From Batkoa obscura (taxonomy: Eukaryota): a stretch of 64,000 nucleotides of DNA. Positions 13,484-25,730 of this stretch are shown here, piece by piece; within the stretch, counting starts at the first letter, position 1, and every line of letters begins with the position of its first letter. The position numbers were made by a program, and so were the translations under genes. The stretch lies in NCBI GenBank assembly GCA_030770535.1, contig JASVEC010000015.1, forward strand, positions 744,001-808,000, given 5' to 3'. The notes beneath the pieces were generated by a model. The model was not told the DNA's origin. It ran no database searches and saw nothing but the letters and a program-made list of their open reading frames with translations.

Positions 13484-15804
13484 GATTAATTAAATGGAAT
13501 TATTTGAATTAATTACAAAGGAAAGATTGGTAAACAAAAGATAAAAGTAGTATTCTTTTCTTTAAAAAAATGAATTGATGAAATGAGCAGTTCCTGTTTA
13601 ATTAAATAATAATTTATACAATTAAAAGAGAAGTTAAAAATAGAAAAGGAATAAGTAATAATTACTTGATTCTTTTGATTTGATTCTTTGAAAATTAATG
13701 AATATAAAAGTACCAATCTTTTTTTATATTTGGTCGGAATAATTATTATGTGTTAGATTCTATGCTGAAAAAAGTCAATTTTGACCGAATATAATTAAAG
13801 GAGGTTCAATGTTTAGATGGTAATTCAAATTCAATATACTCCGTTAATTTGTTTTAATAAGTAAATGTAAGAATATTAGGAAGTTAAATAGATGAAAAAA
13901 GGCTATTAATAATTTACAAATAACATTAATTTTTTACTTATTATCAATTACTTTAATGTATGGAATTCATAATACAATATAGCTAATAATAACCTCCCTT
14001 GTGCTCAAAATGATCAAAATAAAACTTATTTTATTGGTCAATATAAGTGGTAATTGCCACATAAATTGAGTTATGCCTTGATTATGAATTTGTTATCATT
14101 AAATTAATGTTATTTGAGCTTTTATATTTAGTATGAGATCAAGCAATATTTTCAAGGTGGGAAATAAGAAATAGAGATAAAAATAAGATATAAAGTTTAA
14201 TCAACATATTATAATAAATGCTATTGTTTTATCTTTCTTATTAGTTTTTCTGTATAAAGTTACCTATTCAGTCTTTTGAAAAAGAGCATGTTCTTTTTCC
14301 ACTATAAAACTTCTGTTTAATCTTAGTACTACTACTTTTTTAAACTCAATTATTAAATAGGTAATTAGAGTCAACAAATGCATATGAAATTTAAATACCA
14401 AATTTAACACATAAGATTCAAAAATAGTGTTATCTCATTTCTTAGTTATTAGTTGAAAACAAAAGCAGTTCAATATTAGTGATAGATTGTTGAATTTACA
14501 CCCAATACTAAATTGAATTTATTGCAAAAATAAAAGATCCTAACTCTATTATATTAAATAACTACCTTGAAGAATAATTTCAATGTAATTTTACTAAATT
14601 TAGAGCTTTAAGTGGTGTGTGAAATTTGAGTTTTGATTACAAAATAGAATAACAATTGAACAAAGTGATATTAAAATATTGAATAAATTGAGCGTGGGAG
14701 TCAATCGTTGGCTAAAAAATGTTTTAAGATTGAAACTTTTGTTTGTAAATAAACAAGATGAAGTTATGCTTTTTTATAATAAAAATAGTGATTTGTACTT
14801 GACAAGTTGGCAGATAAAAGGCATTAATTTATTTAACAATTTTTTACTTTCTGTATTTAAATGAGTTTATTTTAGTTTTTAAGTGAATTTAAAATAAAAT
14901 TTTTGCCTCTATTAATTTTTTTTGAATTCTTATTGGTCAATTTAAAAATACAGCATTTATACTAATATAATTTTTTAACGCAAAATTGGGCATAAAATTC
15001 TTACTGATTAATTTCTAGTCTTCGTTACTAAATTTTAAACAAAAATACAATTTTATTTTCTGTTGAAAATAATTCAAGTTTGATTAAAAACAAACGAAAT
15101 TGGTGCAAGTTGAGACTATCTTCGATAACTTTCACTTAAAGCAACATTTCCAATTTTATTACATTAATTCGACCCTTGTAAATAGTCAATTTAGATTTAT
15201 CTTGAATCTTACTCATTAAGATTTTATTCAACTTAATATTTCATAAACGTAAACACACAAAATTTAATAACGATATCTATTTAATGTATAAAAAACAATC
15301 AATAATTAGGATGTATTTGCTATTTGACTAAGTTAAACTAACTAGCATTCTAAACCAATTTAGGTGCTTATATTGATTCACTTATTTATAAATTTAAGAT
15401 AAGTTAAAATAGAACAAAATAATACCGATAGAGCCAATCAATTCAATATATTGGAAAAAAGGGGAAATGACTGTTACCATCTATAATTACTATCGCATTT
15501 TTAGGTAGAAAATACTGCTAGCTTTTACTTAAGGGTAATAAACTTTAGAAAAAATTTCATTCACATGATTAAATAATAAGTTATTGTATTATTTATAATG
15601 TATTACTATGTTATTGGTTTAATAATACATAGTAAATTAAAAATAGAAAGGTGTATGAAAGATAAAATTAAGGTTATTTTTTATATATGAAAATAGAAAT
15701 AATTTATTAAACTTTTAAAAGTTGTTTGTCATTTAGTAAATGAAAAAAGGAAGGGAGAGAGGTGCTAAAATTAACTGATCTAAGTTATTGAATAAAAATA
15801 TATA

Positions 15805-16569
15805 TCATAGAAAATTGGGATATTGAGTTTGGTGAAACTCATTAGGTATCGAATTGTACATTTGGTTATTAGGGTTGTAACCTATATAATCTTGTTGATT
15901 AAAGTAATTGTTTTGATAGTTATACGTTTCAAACTCACTTAAAAACGGATTGATATTCATCGTATTATCTAGCTGAGGTTGATTATAATTGTATTCATAA
16001 CTTAATGCCTCACTTACATTATTATCATATACATTTTCTTGATAGTTTTGCATTAAAGGGTCAACAACACTATTTTCATTCATATATACATGTTGATCAT
16101 TATAACTATAATAACTACCATGACTAGATTGTTGATAATTAGAAGCAAAGGATCTCGATCGTTGCATACTATTCATATACATATCCTTTTCAACAGAATG
16201 CAAAGCAAATCCACTTAACAACATGTTTCCAAAGTTGTTTCTATTAGGTTTTGGTATATTGACTGAAGGAGTACACGGAGTACGATTGGCAGCATGGACA
16301 CTATATAACTCTTGTTTTGATTTATGGCTTGTACTCAGTTCTTGAGTAGTAGCAGGACTTGGAGCAACACTACTTCCATTATTATTATTACTATGACGGT
16401 CCTTCATTCTTCTATTTTGAAACCAAATTTGAATAGTACGTAATTCTAAACCAACTTGTTCACCTAATTCAATTAACATCTCTTTAAGTGGTTTGGAATT
16501 AAACCGGTATAGCCTTTCTAACTCGTGTAACTGTTCAGGATTAAACTTGGTACGTGCTTTAGTTGACAT
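15805..16569 (-). CDS. Homeodomain transcription factor
   Basis: N-terminal homeodomain KARTKFNPEQLHELERLY...LELRTIQIWFQNRRMKDRH followed by an N/Q/Y-rich low-complexity tail. Confidence 0.93.
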   Translation of the reverse strand: MSTKARTKFNPEQLHELERLYRFNSKPLKEMLIELGEQVGLELRTIQIWFQNRRMKDRHSNNNNGSSVAPSPATTQELSTSHKSKQELYSVHAANRTPCTPSVNIPKPNRNNFGNMLLSGFALHSVEKDMYMNSMQRSRSFASNYQQSSHGSYYSYNDQHVYMNENSVVDPLMQNYQENVYDNNVSEALSYEYNYNQPQLDNTMNINPFLSEFETYNYQNNYFNQQDYIGYNPNNQMYNSIPNEFHQTQYPNFL

Positions 16570-18446
16570 TTTTAAAAATTAATAAAAATATTTTTGATTG
16601 TCTTATTTATAAGAAAGGTAGCATAAAATAATTCAAAAGAAAAAGTGAAGTATTCAAAATATAGTGGTTATTAAAAACATAAAATGATTCTAGAATCTAA
16701 GCAATTTGGGATTTTATAGGTTTATTTGGAAATAAACGGTGCTTAAATTTTTATTGAAATGTTCAAACAAGTTCGGATTCAAAATTCCTTCAATCAAAAT
16801 GGAGATTTCTAAATTTGGAAATAAATAATAAATTATTATTATGTTGTTAAAATAACTGGTAGTTCAATATTGTACCTTAGATATACTTTTACTTATTTAT
16901 TCAATACAGGATAGGATATAGTAACATTTTAAAGTAAGCGGTGTAAGGAGTTGTACATCAATATAAAAATATTTATTATAAAAGCAGCTATTTTTAAGCC
17001 TTTAATCAAAAATTATAAATAGAAAGTTAAGGTAAAATGTATGTAGTAGCGAAGATTAATATTGATTACAAATGTATGAAAAGTTTGTTCTTTTGAATTG
17101 ACTCTATTTTTTAAAGTTCTGTTTTTTTTGCGCAATGATTTAATTACTAATTTATTAGTCAAATAGAATAAAGTCGCTGATGTTAATAACCGTTTATCCT
17201 ACCCTGTCTAAAGTAATGGAAAAGTCATAGCTGCTCCTTTTTAATGGGAAATAGCTCAAATATAGTTAAAACTTAATCAAATGATCTTTTTTATTACATA
17301 AAACATTATTTAAAATTTTTGACTATTATATGGTGATAAAATAATAGTAAAATTATATCATTCCATTTTATGGTTCTCTTTTAGTTGAATAGAATTTAAA
17401 AATAGATATTTATACAGAAAAGTTTTTGCTTATTTGAATTTGAAATATATTAGATAATGATAGTCACTTTTATATAATGTATTTTATATAAGTCATACAA
17501 TACATTCAATGTTTTATAAATTATTAGATAATTAAGTAATTAGAAACTATTTCACGTTAATTTATGTATGAAAAGGATAAAATTATAGTGTCATTAAGAT
17601 TTTACAAGACAGCTTTTATATCAACATTTAGACCCTTGAAGTTTAGCAATTTTGTTTCAGCTTCAATAAATTATTATTCTTAAGAGCAGCCTTTTTATCC
17701 TAATATCTTAACAACTCAGAATCGTTAATCAAAAAAGATAAAGTACATTTTTCTTTCAAAAATCCTGCCTAAATTCAAGTTTAAACTTTAAAATCCTAGG
17801 GTAAATATTCGGTCCTAAAACCTACTTTGAAATCTATAATTAAATACTCTTATTTAATTTAATATAATAAAAATATATTTAAAAAGCTTGCTTTGTTTAA
17901 TATTGAGATTCATTTATTTAAGTGTAAATTTTCAAAAGCAACCATATTTTTTAGACATCAATGTATAAAAATGGCATATATAACTTGTTTTCGTTTAAAA
18001 TTGAATTTTTAACTTTTTAGCTACTTAATGAATAAACAAATTGATAAAATAAGAACATTATATCAATATCTTCCTTCGAAAGCCTACTTAATTGGCATAG
18101 TTTTTTGTAAATTGAAATAACTGAGGAACCTTTCAAAACAGATAAAGTAGGTGTACCTCACTTTTAATTTTAAATACTATATCAATTCTCTGCTCAAAAT
18201 GGCATTTTAGTGTTAATATTAGGGTCAATTTAAAGTAGGTCAGGAATAAGCCTTTTTAAGATTTGAGATCGCTAGTAAAGGTCTCGAAGCAATTCGATAA
18301 AGCAATATCTTACATTATATGACTAATCCTGCTACTGTATATGATTCAAATATTAATGATATATTACTAATGGATATATAACTCAAAAAATACGAAGATC
18401 TAATACTAACTTTTTATTTTTTATGATAAATTAACTAAAACAAGCA

Positions 18447-19522
18447 ATAGTCAGCAACACAAAAGTAATTTATAAAGCCCGTCTAAAAGGCTACCAACCA
18501 TCAATGGTAACTTTGAAACAGTCAAATAAGAGTTTGATCTCAACAATGTATCATTAGAAAAAGATTAGTTGTTAGTACATAATTTGTATGCTTCAGTTGA
18601 TCCTTGTATGTGTGATGGATTGCATCCAAGTGAAGATTAACTTATTAAGCCATCGAGCAAAGACACAGGATCTAAGAAGTGCCTCCAAGCTTTTCAATTT
18701 AATAAGCCATTGAACGGAATTATTGTATATGAAGTAATAACCTCTAACTCCAATAAATTAAAAAAAAGGTGAGATTGTGGCTGGTTTTACAGACTGGTCA
18801 GAATATGCTATCATTTCAGCCGCTAATGCTAAGTCGACTTCTAATGCCTGTGAATCAAAGGTGTCACTTGCTTACTGTTTAGACATTACCATTATACCAG
18901 GTGCCACCATCTATATTAAATTACATACTACCTATTAGCCTATCAAGCAAGGAGAGCCTATATTTATCTATGCTGCTCCTGGGGCTGTAGGTCAAGTAGT
19001 AGGTCAATATTGTAGACAGTCAAAATTAAGAAGAGTTGGATCAACTGGCAGTCGTAATAAAGTAAAGTATTTATTAAAAGAATTGAACTTTGATGTTGCG
19101 TTTAGTTATAAGAAATACGATAATTTAGTATCAATACCTAACATTATCTCAATGGTATTGATATTTGTTTTGAAAATATAGGAGGAAAAATATCTGAGGC
19201 TCTATTAGAAGTAACTAATAGTAAGTACTATATCCTACCATGTGGTATAGTCTCTCAGTATAACTAAGATAGACAAAGTGACAGAGTTGATAATTTGACT
19301 CAAATAATTGGTAAAAGAATATGTATGGAAGGATTTATGATGAACGATAGGCTGGATCTCTTCCCTAAGACTTTTGAAACGTTCGCCAAGTATTTAATTA
19401 AAGATAAAATGAAATAGAAAGAACATATTACTGAGAAAATCAGAAATCTTCCAGTTGCTTTCATCGATATATTTGAAATTAGGAGTTTCATTAAGACTTT
19501 AATTAAGATTGGCAGTTTGTAA
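18447..19522 (+). pseudogene. Pseudogene of an NADP-dependent MDR-family alkenal/prostaglandin reductase (PTGR/LTB4DH-like)
   Basis: Motif fragments in shifting frames: (ATA)VSNTKVIYKARLKGY, NLYASVDPCM, AAPGAVGQVVGQYCR, GSTGSRNKVKYLLKELNFDVAFSYK, NGIDICFENIGGK, CGIVSQYN, IGKRICMEGF. The start codon appears to be ATA, there are in-frame stops, and the track shows no + ORF of 60 aa or more here. Confidence 0.88.
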
Positions 19523-20024
19523 TTATAAAAGGAATAAACACATTTTTTGCTTAAATATTATTGTTATCTACGATGTATTCGTTTGAAGTTAAAAGTTATC
19601 TTGTTTAAGATTCTAAATGATTAATGAGGTTAAGTTTTCTTTATTTTATCTCTTTTTCCATTTTTCAAGGGCTCCTAGGTAGAAAAATTTTAGTAAATTT
19701 CTTGAACAAAATATACATTCTCATGTCTCGTTTTCAGCATTTGTTTAATTTATCTTTTAAAACTGTTGGCATTCAGATGCTTTTATTATTTTTTAATTTG
19801 TCATAGCTTTCTTTTATAATGAATTAACAAGTTTTAGATAGGATAAGCCAAAAATTCACTACAAAGTATATTAACGACAAGTTAAAAAAGAATAGAAGGG
19901 TTTAAATGAAATCAATTTCGCAGCAAACTAATAGAAAGCATACTCTTATAGCTTAAAATATATTATGATTTAATTAAACTTTAACCCTGTTTTGTTAGTA
20001 TTGTTATCTAGCTAAATAGCATTT

Positions 20025-20116
20025 GAGGATGTATTTTTTTGTTAAGAATTCTACTAACAATTTTCCCACTCAAATAATGCTTAAAAATGAAAAAATGAAA
20101 TCAAAATAAACATGCT
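20025..20116 (+). mobile_element. MITE family 1 copy (degenerate 3' end)
   Basis: ATTT|GAGGATGTATTTTTTTGTTAAGAATTCTACTAACAA...AAATGAAATCAAAATAAACATGC. Confidence 0.8.
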
Positions 20117-20280
20117 TATTTAATCTTAATTTAAAATAAATATACACCAGGTAGTGCTTTAAAAAATAATTTTTAATAAAGAAATGTCATCTTTTCGGTA
20201 TTACCTTAGATTTATATTATTATTATTTTTAATAAGTGAAGATAAAAACTATTATGTGAGTATTACTAAATATACTATAT

Positions 20281-20374
20281 GAGGATGTTTTTTTGTGTTT
20301 AAGAATTTTATTAACAATCTTTTCACTCAAACAGCACTTAAAAAATAAAAAAATAATGAAATCAAAACATCCTC
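20281..20374 (+). mobile_element. MITE family 1 copy, TSD ATAT
   Basis: ATAT|GAGGATG...CATCCTC|ATAT. Confidence 0.9.
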
Positions 20375-21514
20375 ATATTTTTTCTTTATTTTTTCTTTAT
20401 AATGGAATTTATAAATACCGATGGATTAACAACTGTAAATTTTTATTTTATGAACTAGAGTAAGTACAATGAATATACATATGATAACATTACGTATTAA
20501 CTATAACAATACGTTATTTAAATAAAAAAAATTTTAGTCATTACATTTTCTTAATTAAAGTATTTTTAGAATCTTAAAGGCATCTATTATTTTTGTTTTT
20601 ATGTTTTTATGTTTTTATGTTTTATTGATCTCATTGTAACGATAATCAACGTTTAAAGGATCAGAAAATATAGTGAAGAGAGAGATCAGATAATATCATA
20701 ATGGGTATCAAAATGACCTGATTGAAGAAACTAAAGAGGCCTAGCCTAGGCTCAGTAGGTCTACTTTTCGAGAATGTAGATGTAGAATTATTGTTTTTAA
20801 GGTCAACTTAAAAATCCAATCCAAGTTGCAAAAATTCAAAGCAGATTGTCAGTGTAAAAAATACTTTTGATAACGACAATTTTTGTTAGTTTATCATACG
20901 ATTTTATAAATTAAGCTGGATTGCCGCTTTTAAACTAAATATCAAATGACCATTTTTTATTTAATAAATCGCTATCCACAGATGAGAGTTCAACTTCGGG
21001 TATAATTACATCACAAAAGCAGATATCATAGCTACTTTGTACAATATCTCTCACTTTAGTGTTTAGAAAACTTCCAAATTAGCTTAACATGCAGCCAAAT
21101 TAATAAAATCAGAATAAAATTAAATAAACTAATTCTTACTCACTTATATTTATGTTATTTGAAATATTAATAAATAGAAAAATTTAATTTCTTTCTTACT
21201 GTGTGTTATCTGATTGGCATTATAATTGGCTAATAAAGATCCTTTGGCTGTAATAAAGATGGTTTAATAGAATTGAAGGAAAAATGATTGGTCCATAGTT
21301 GATCAGATAGGAAAGAATAAGGGATAGTGTTGGGCAGATAACATTTGTAAAGATTACAAAAGTAAGAAAATTCAAGTTTATTATTATTTTTTATTTTTTT
21401 AGACTATTCTTTGAATTTTTTTATTTAAATCTGATAAAAATAATAAGGCGAAAATAATAAAGAGAGTATAAAAACAAAAAAGTTTAATAAAAGTTGATTG
21501 AAGGATTCGAAAAA

Positions 21515-23169
21515 ATGGCAACTTCACCACAGAGCAGTAATAAGGCTAGTTTGGTGGACTTAGAAACTCAAACCAATCAAGGACTAATTAATAATGAAGC
21601 TACAGCTATCAAGGATACTGAAATCAAAGATAGAACCTTTTTAAAATTTATTCATTTACAAGGCAATGTTAGTATCTTAAATTTCATAACTTATTTAATC
21701 TGCGTTTTCTTTTCCATCTGCTTCATAGTATTTATAAATCAGATTCAAGCCTTTCTATTCGCTTTCAAATACAAAGAAACGGCTGGTTTAGGTGAACTGA
21801 GTGCCACTTTTACTTTATGGGACGAGATTGTTTCAATCATAATGGTCATTGTATGGGGCTTAGTATCCGATAGAATTGGAAGAAGGATAACCTTTTCTTT
21901 GGGATTCCTAATTGTTGGATTAGCTCTATTTTTTTATACATTACCTTCAAGGGTGCTTCCGGATTTGTTAATAGTAAGATTGTTCTTTGCCATTGGTGCT
22001 TCTGCTATCACCTCAATGGTTGCTGCAGGCTTAGCAGATACCGTGGGGCATAAAAATGGAATGACTTCGGGCATTGTTGGGATGTTTTCCGGGCTAGGTA
22101 TATATTATTATATACTTAAAAAGTGATACTTATTATTTTTAGGTGCTGTTGTTTCAGTATTTGTTTTAGTACCTTTACCAGCCTCCTTAGAGAAACGCAC
22201 TGGCTCTCAAACCCAGGTAATAGATCATTATTATTGTTGAACAATCAATACTAATTATCTTATAGTCTGTGATAGTCACGTTATATATAGTTGGGGCTAT
22301 AGCAATTGTATGGTCTATCATTAATTTTTTCACTTTTCCTAAAAATAATAACAGAGCCATCGATGTGAATGGGAACACTTTAACAATGAAAGAAGAGTTT
22401 ATTCATGGAATAAATAAACTACCAAGAGCTTGTAAATTATTTTTCACTGATTTGCGTATTGCCATGGCTTATATATCTGGCTTTGTGGTAAGTAGAGTTT
22501 AATTTTCAGTATTATCTAACTCATCTTTAAACTTAGGCTCGTGGAGATACTATAATCCTTACTGTATTTATAAGTGCTTGGGTAGTCAAGTTGTTTGTCA
22601 ACGAAAACAAATGTTTTATAAGTGACGATGGAGATCTGACCGATCCAGCCATAGTGAAAGAACAATGCCGTAGTGCTTATAGTTTAGCAATGATGCTATC
22701 TGGTATTGCACAAGTGTTTGCATTGATAGGAGCACCCATTGTAGGGATATTATTAACCAAAATAAAAGCCTCCATGGTATTAAGTTTATCTTCTCTGCTA
22801 GGTGCTGTTGGGTACTTTGGATTTGGATTTATCTCTTCACCTTACAATAAGATTGTTTATTTGTTTATTTGCCTTTTAGGCGTTGGTGAGATAGGTACTA
22901 TTGTTACATCGTTGTCTTTCCTATCTGCTCATGATACTGTTGAGCCTGAGTTAAGGGGAACTGTGTCTGGGCTTTACTCGTTTTTTGGTGGCTTAGGTAT
23001 TATTATTTGCTCTAAATTAGGTGGCTATCTCTTTGACCATTGGCGTCCAGGGGCACCCTTTATTATTATGGGGATATTCCATGCTATATTGTTTGTCATG
23101 GGCCTCGTTTGCTTCTTCATTGAAAAAAGAAAGGAAAAAATCACCTCTATTCAGTCTAATATCGATTAA
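21515..23169 (+). CDS. Major facilitator superfamily transporter, 4 exons
   Basis: Exons 21515-22097, 22143-22216, 22266-22487 and 22537-23169. MFS motif A WGLVSDRIGRR, multiple TM helices, and LRGTVSGLYSFFGGLG...LGGYLFD. Confidence 0.92.
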
Positions 23170-23903
23170 ATTTAATTATTGTTTATACTTATAAGTAGTA
23201 CTGTTTAAGTTATTTTATTATATGAAAATTAAAGAAGCATTAAATAATTAGCTATTTGAATTTTTATTGGAACGTGATTTGGCCTTTAAGAAGAAAAATA
23301 TTCAGTTCAAAACGATTTTATACAAAATGTAAAGAGAAGTGGCTATTAAATCTTTAGACTTAAAAGTTGGTACAGGGCGGTTTTTACAATTAAGCTATAA
23401 AATGAACAGGTATAAGGTAGGATGTTAATGGTTTAACATTTAATTGCTATCCTAAAAGTGAAAGTACTCTAATTCATTTGATCTAAACTAACGCTCTCCT
23501 TTTATTTTAAAAGGCCTCTTTCATATCTATTATGATTAAATACAATTACTCGTTTCATCACTATATTTCTTATTTTTAAACCACTATACCTATACAAATA
23601 ATAATTGCATCTATACTTTTAATCAATGAATTGAATTTATTATTTTTCATTATAAGTGTCACTTTAAACTTTATTCCTATAAGGTTTGGTCCATCGTCTT
23701 ACCCGGTTTACTTAAATTGTACTTGCACTAATTATAATATGATATGATCAACGATCAACCTCTTGATATTAAATACAAAAAAACATATTTTTGTCTATTT
23801 TTATCACACCACGTCATTGGTTAAGCACAAAGCTTGTTGAATTTTGATCAAAAAACTTAAATTTTAAATCTCAATTTAAAAACTCATTTTATTTGTTCTT
23901 CCC

Positions 23904-25120
23904 ATGTATATAGCCAATTTAAAGCCACTTAAAAGTATCTTAAATAGAAGCATCTTAGCCCCTAGTATAGCTATAAATAATAAATTTTACTCCCCATTAA
24001 GAAGAACAAGTAATATACATCAAGTAGAAACTGTCTAAAGCTATTAACTTTTTTAGGTTTATTTGATGACAGGTATCAAAAAAAAGCACGCGATTTACGA
24101 ATTCAACAGAACAAGCTAAAGAAGATAGCTATAGACAATAATAACAGCATTCAAGTAATAGATAATCTACCAACTGATGAACAAGATAAGTTGCATAAAG
24201 ATAGCTTAGTGGTCGCCACCTTATCGCATGGTACCTTAACTATTGTTAGACAGTTAGAGATGTTGAATGTCTTTATGGTATTTATACTATTAACTCATAC
24301 TAACTTAGTTCTTATATTCTATTCTCCAGGGTTTTGAACAAAACAACAAATATGTAATTTACGATGAAGTAGGTCAAACAGTTGGTTATCTAGTTGAAGA
24401 AAGCAGTTTTTGGACCACAATTATGAGACAAGTATTGCGCACACATCGCCCATTCAAAGCTTATATATTGGACCCACAGGGGAATGTTATATTGAAAGTA
24501 ATATTTTAAGAGTAAAATGAAATTTCGATTAATAATATCTAGACTTATCGCCCGTTTTGGTTTATTAATTCTAGAATATTTATATCTACTAAAGAAGACG
24601 AAGTGATTGGTGAAGTCCAAAAAGAATGGCATCTTTGGAGGAGGAAGTATGCATTATTTATTGGGTAAGTTTAATGATACATCAACAAAAATAAAACCAA
24701 TAAAATTCTCAGGTATAAACAGTTTGCCTATATTGATGCCCCTTTCCTTTCGTGGGATTTTGAGTTAAAGGATAAAGATAACGACCTGTTAGCTTTTATC
24801 TCAAGAAGTTTTTCGGGGTTTGCTAGGGAGGTAAACTATGCTTAAAATTATATATAAGAAACATTTTTTATATTGTCTTAGATTTTTACAGATACTGGTC
24901 ATTACTCTTTAGTCATGGACTCGCTACCCCAAACAAAAAGGAAACTTAGTCTTGATGAAAGGGCTGTGGCTTTAGCTACTGCAATCACACTGGACTTTGA
25001 TTACTTTTCAAGGCATTCCTCTACGACTTCTAAGTAATCTCTTAATTTTTTTAATTTTGGGAAATATTAATTATAATTTATAGCTTTTTTCCATTCTTCC
25101 CATATGGTAATGGAGATTAA
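23904..25120 (+). CDS. AIM25: Phospholipid scramblase family protein (Aim25-like), multi-exon
   Basis: Spliced translation shows VRQLEMLNVFM-GFEQNNKY, RQVLRTHRPFKAYILD, RPFWFINSRI, WHLWRRKY, FAYIDAPFLSWDF, FSGFARE-IFTDTGHY and LDERAVALATAITLDFDYFSRHS; the basic N-terminus suggests mitochondrial targeting. Confidence 0.88.
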
Positions 25121-25536
25121 GATTTTAGTAAAATCATAGCTAGATTTTAATTTATGTTTTTATTGTTCTAAATAATACTTTATTTATAAAGTGTTAGAGT
25201 GAGAAGTAAAGTCCAGTATTCTTACGCCCACTTTTTTAAGCGAAGTTATTTGCAGTTATAATATCAATAAACCATCGATAAATAATCTATTCAATAATTC
25301 ATCTTTGTTATTTCATAACTCCTTTACAAATCTGGATTATTTCAAATAATTGAATAAAATAATACTTGGGTCTATGCTTACTTTTCATCACTATTAGTAG
25401 ATGCTTTGTATATGATATCAAGTTGCTACTTTAAAAAAAAAGAATCACAAAAGAGCTAAATTCAGGCTTCCTAAATGGTTTGGAAATATAATATTGTGAT
25501 CAGAACATATCATATAAGCATCAATAATTTTAATAT

Positions 25537-25634
25537 GGAGATGTTTTTTTTGACTTCATTACTTTTCCATCCTTTAAGCACTATTTAAGTGGAAAGATTG
25601 TTAGTGAAATTATTAAATATAGAAATACATCCCC
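25537..25634 (-). mobile_element. MITE family 1 copy, reverse orientation, TSD ATAT
   Basis: ATAT|GGAGATG...TTCATTACTTTTCCAT...GTGGAAAGATTGTTAGT...CATCCCC|ATAT. Confidence 0.9.
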
Positions 25635-25730
25635 ATATATTAGTTATGAAAACAAAGGTAGTTTTAACTATAAAAAATTAGAAAGTATGGTTTTTTACTT
25701 AAATATTTAATAATCATCTATATCCCTAAT

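Noticed and set aside
15805..16569. Homeobox gene as a mating-type locus
   Set aside because: A single homeodomain gene with no divergent HD partner, HMG gene, pheromone or receptor genes nearby
17811..18245. Weak inverted similarity (ACCTACTTT / AAAGTAGGT) suggesting a third TIR element
   Set aside because: The match is too short for AT-rich DNA, with no TSD or second copy seen
20620..21090. Slightly GC-richer stretch that may be a decayed minus-strand coding remnant
   Set aside because: Multiple stops and no motif I can recognise; needs BLASTX
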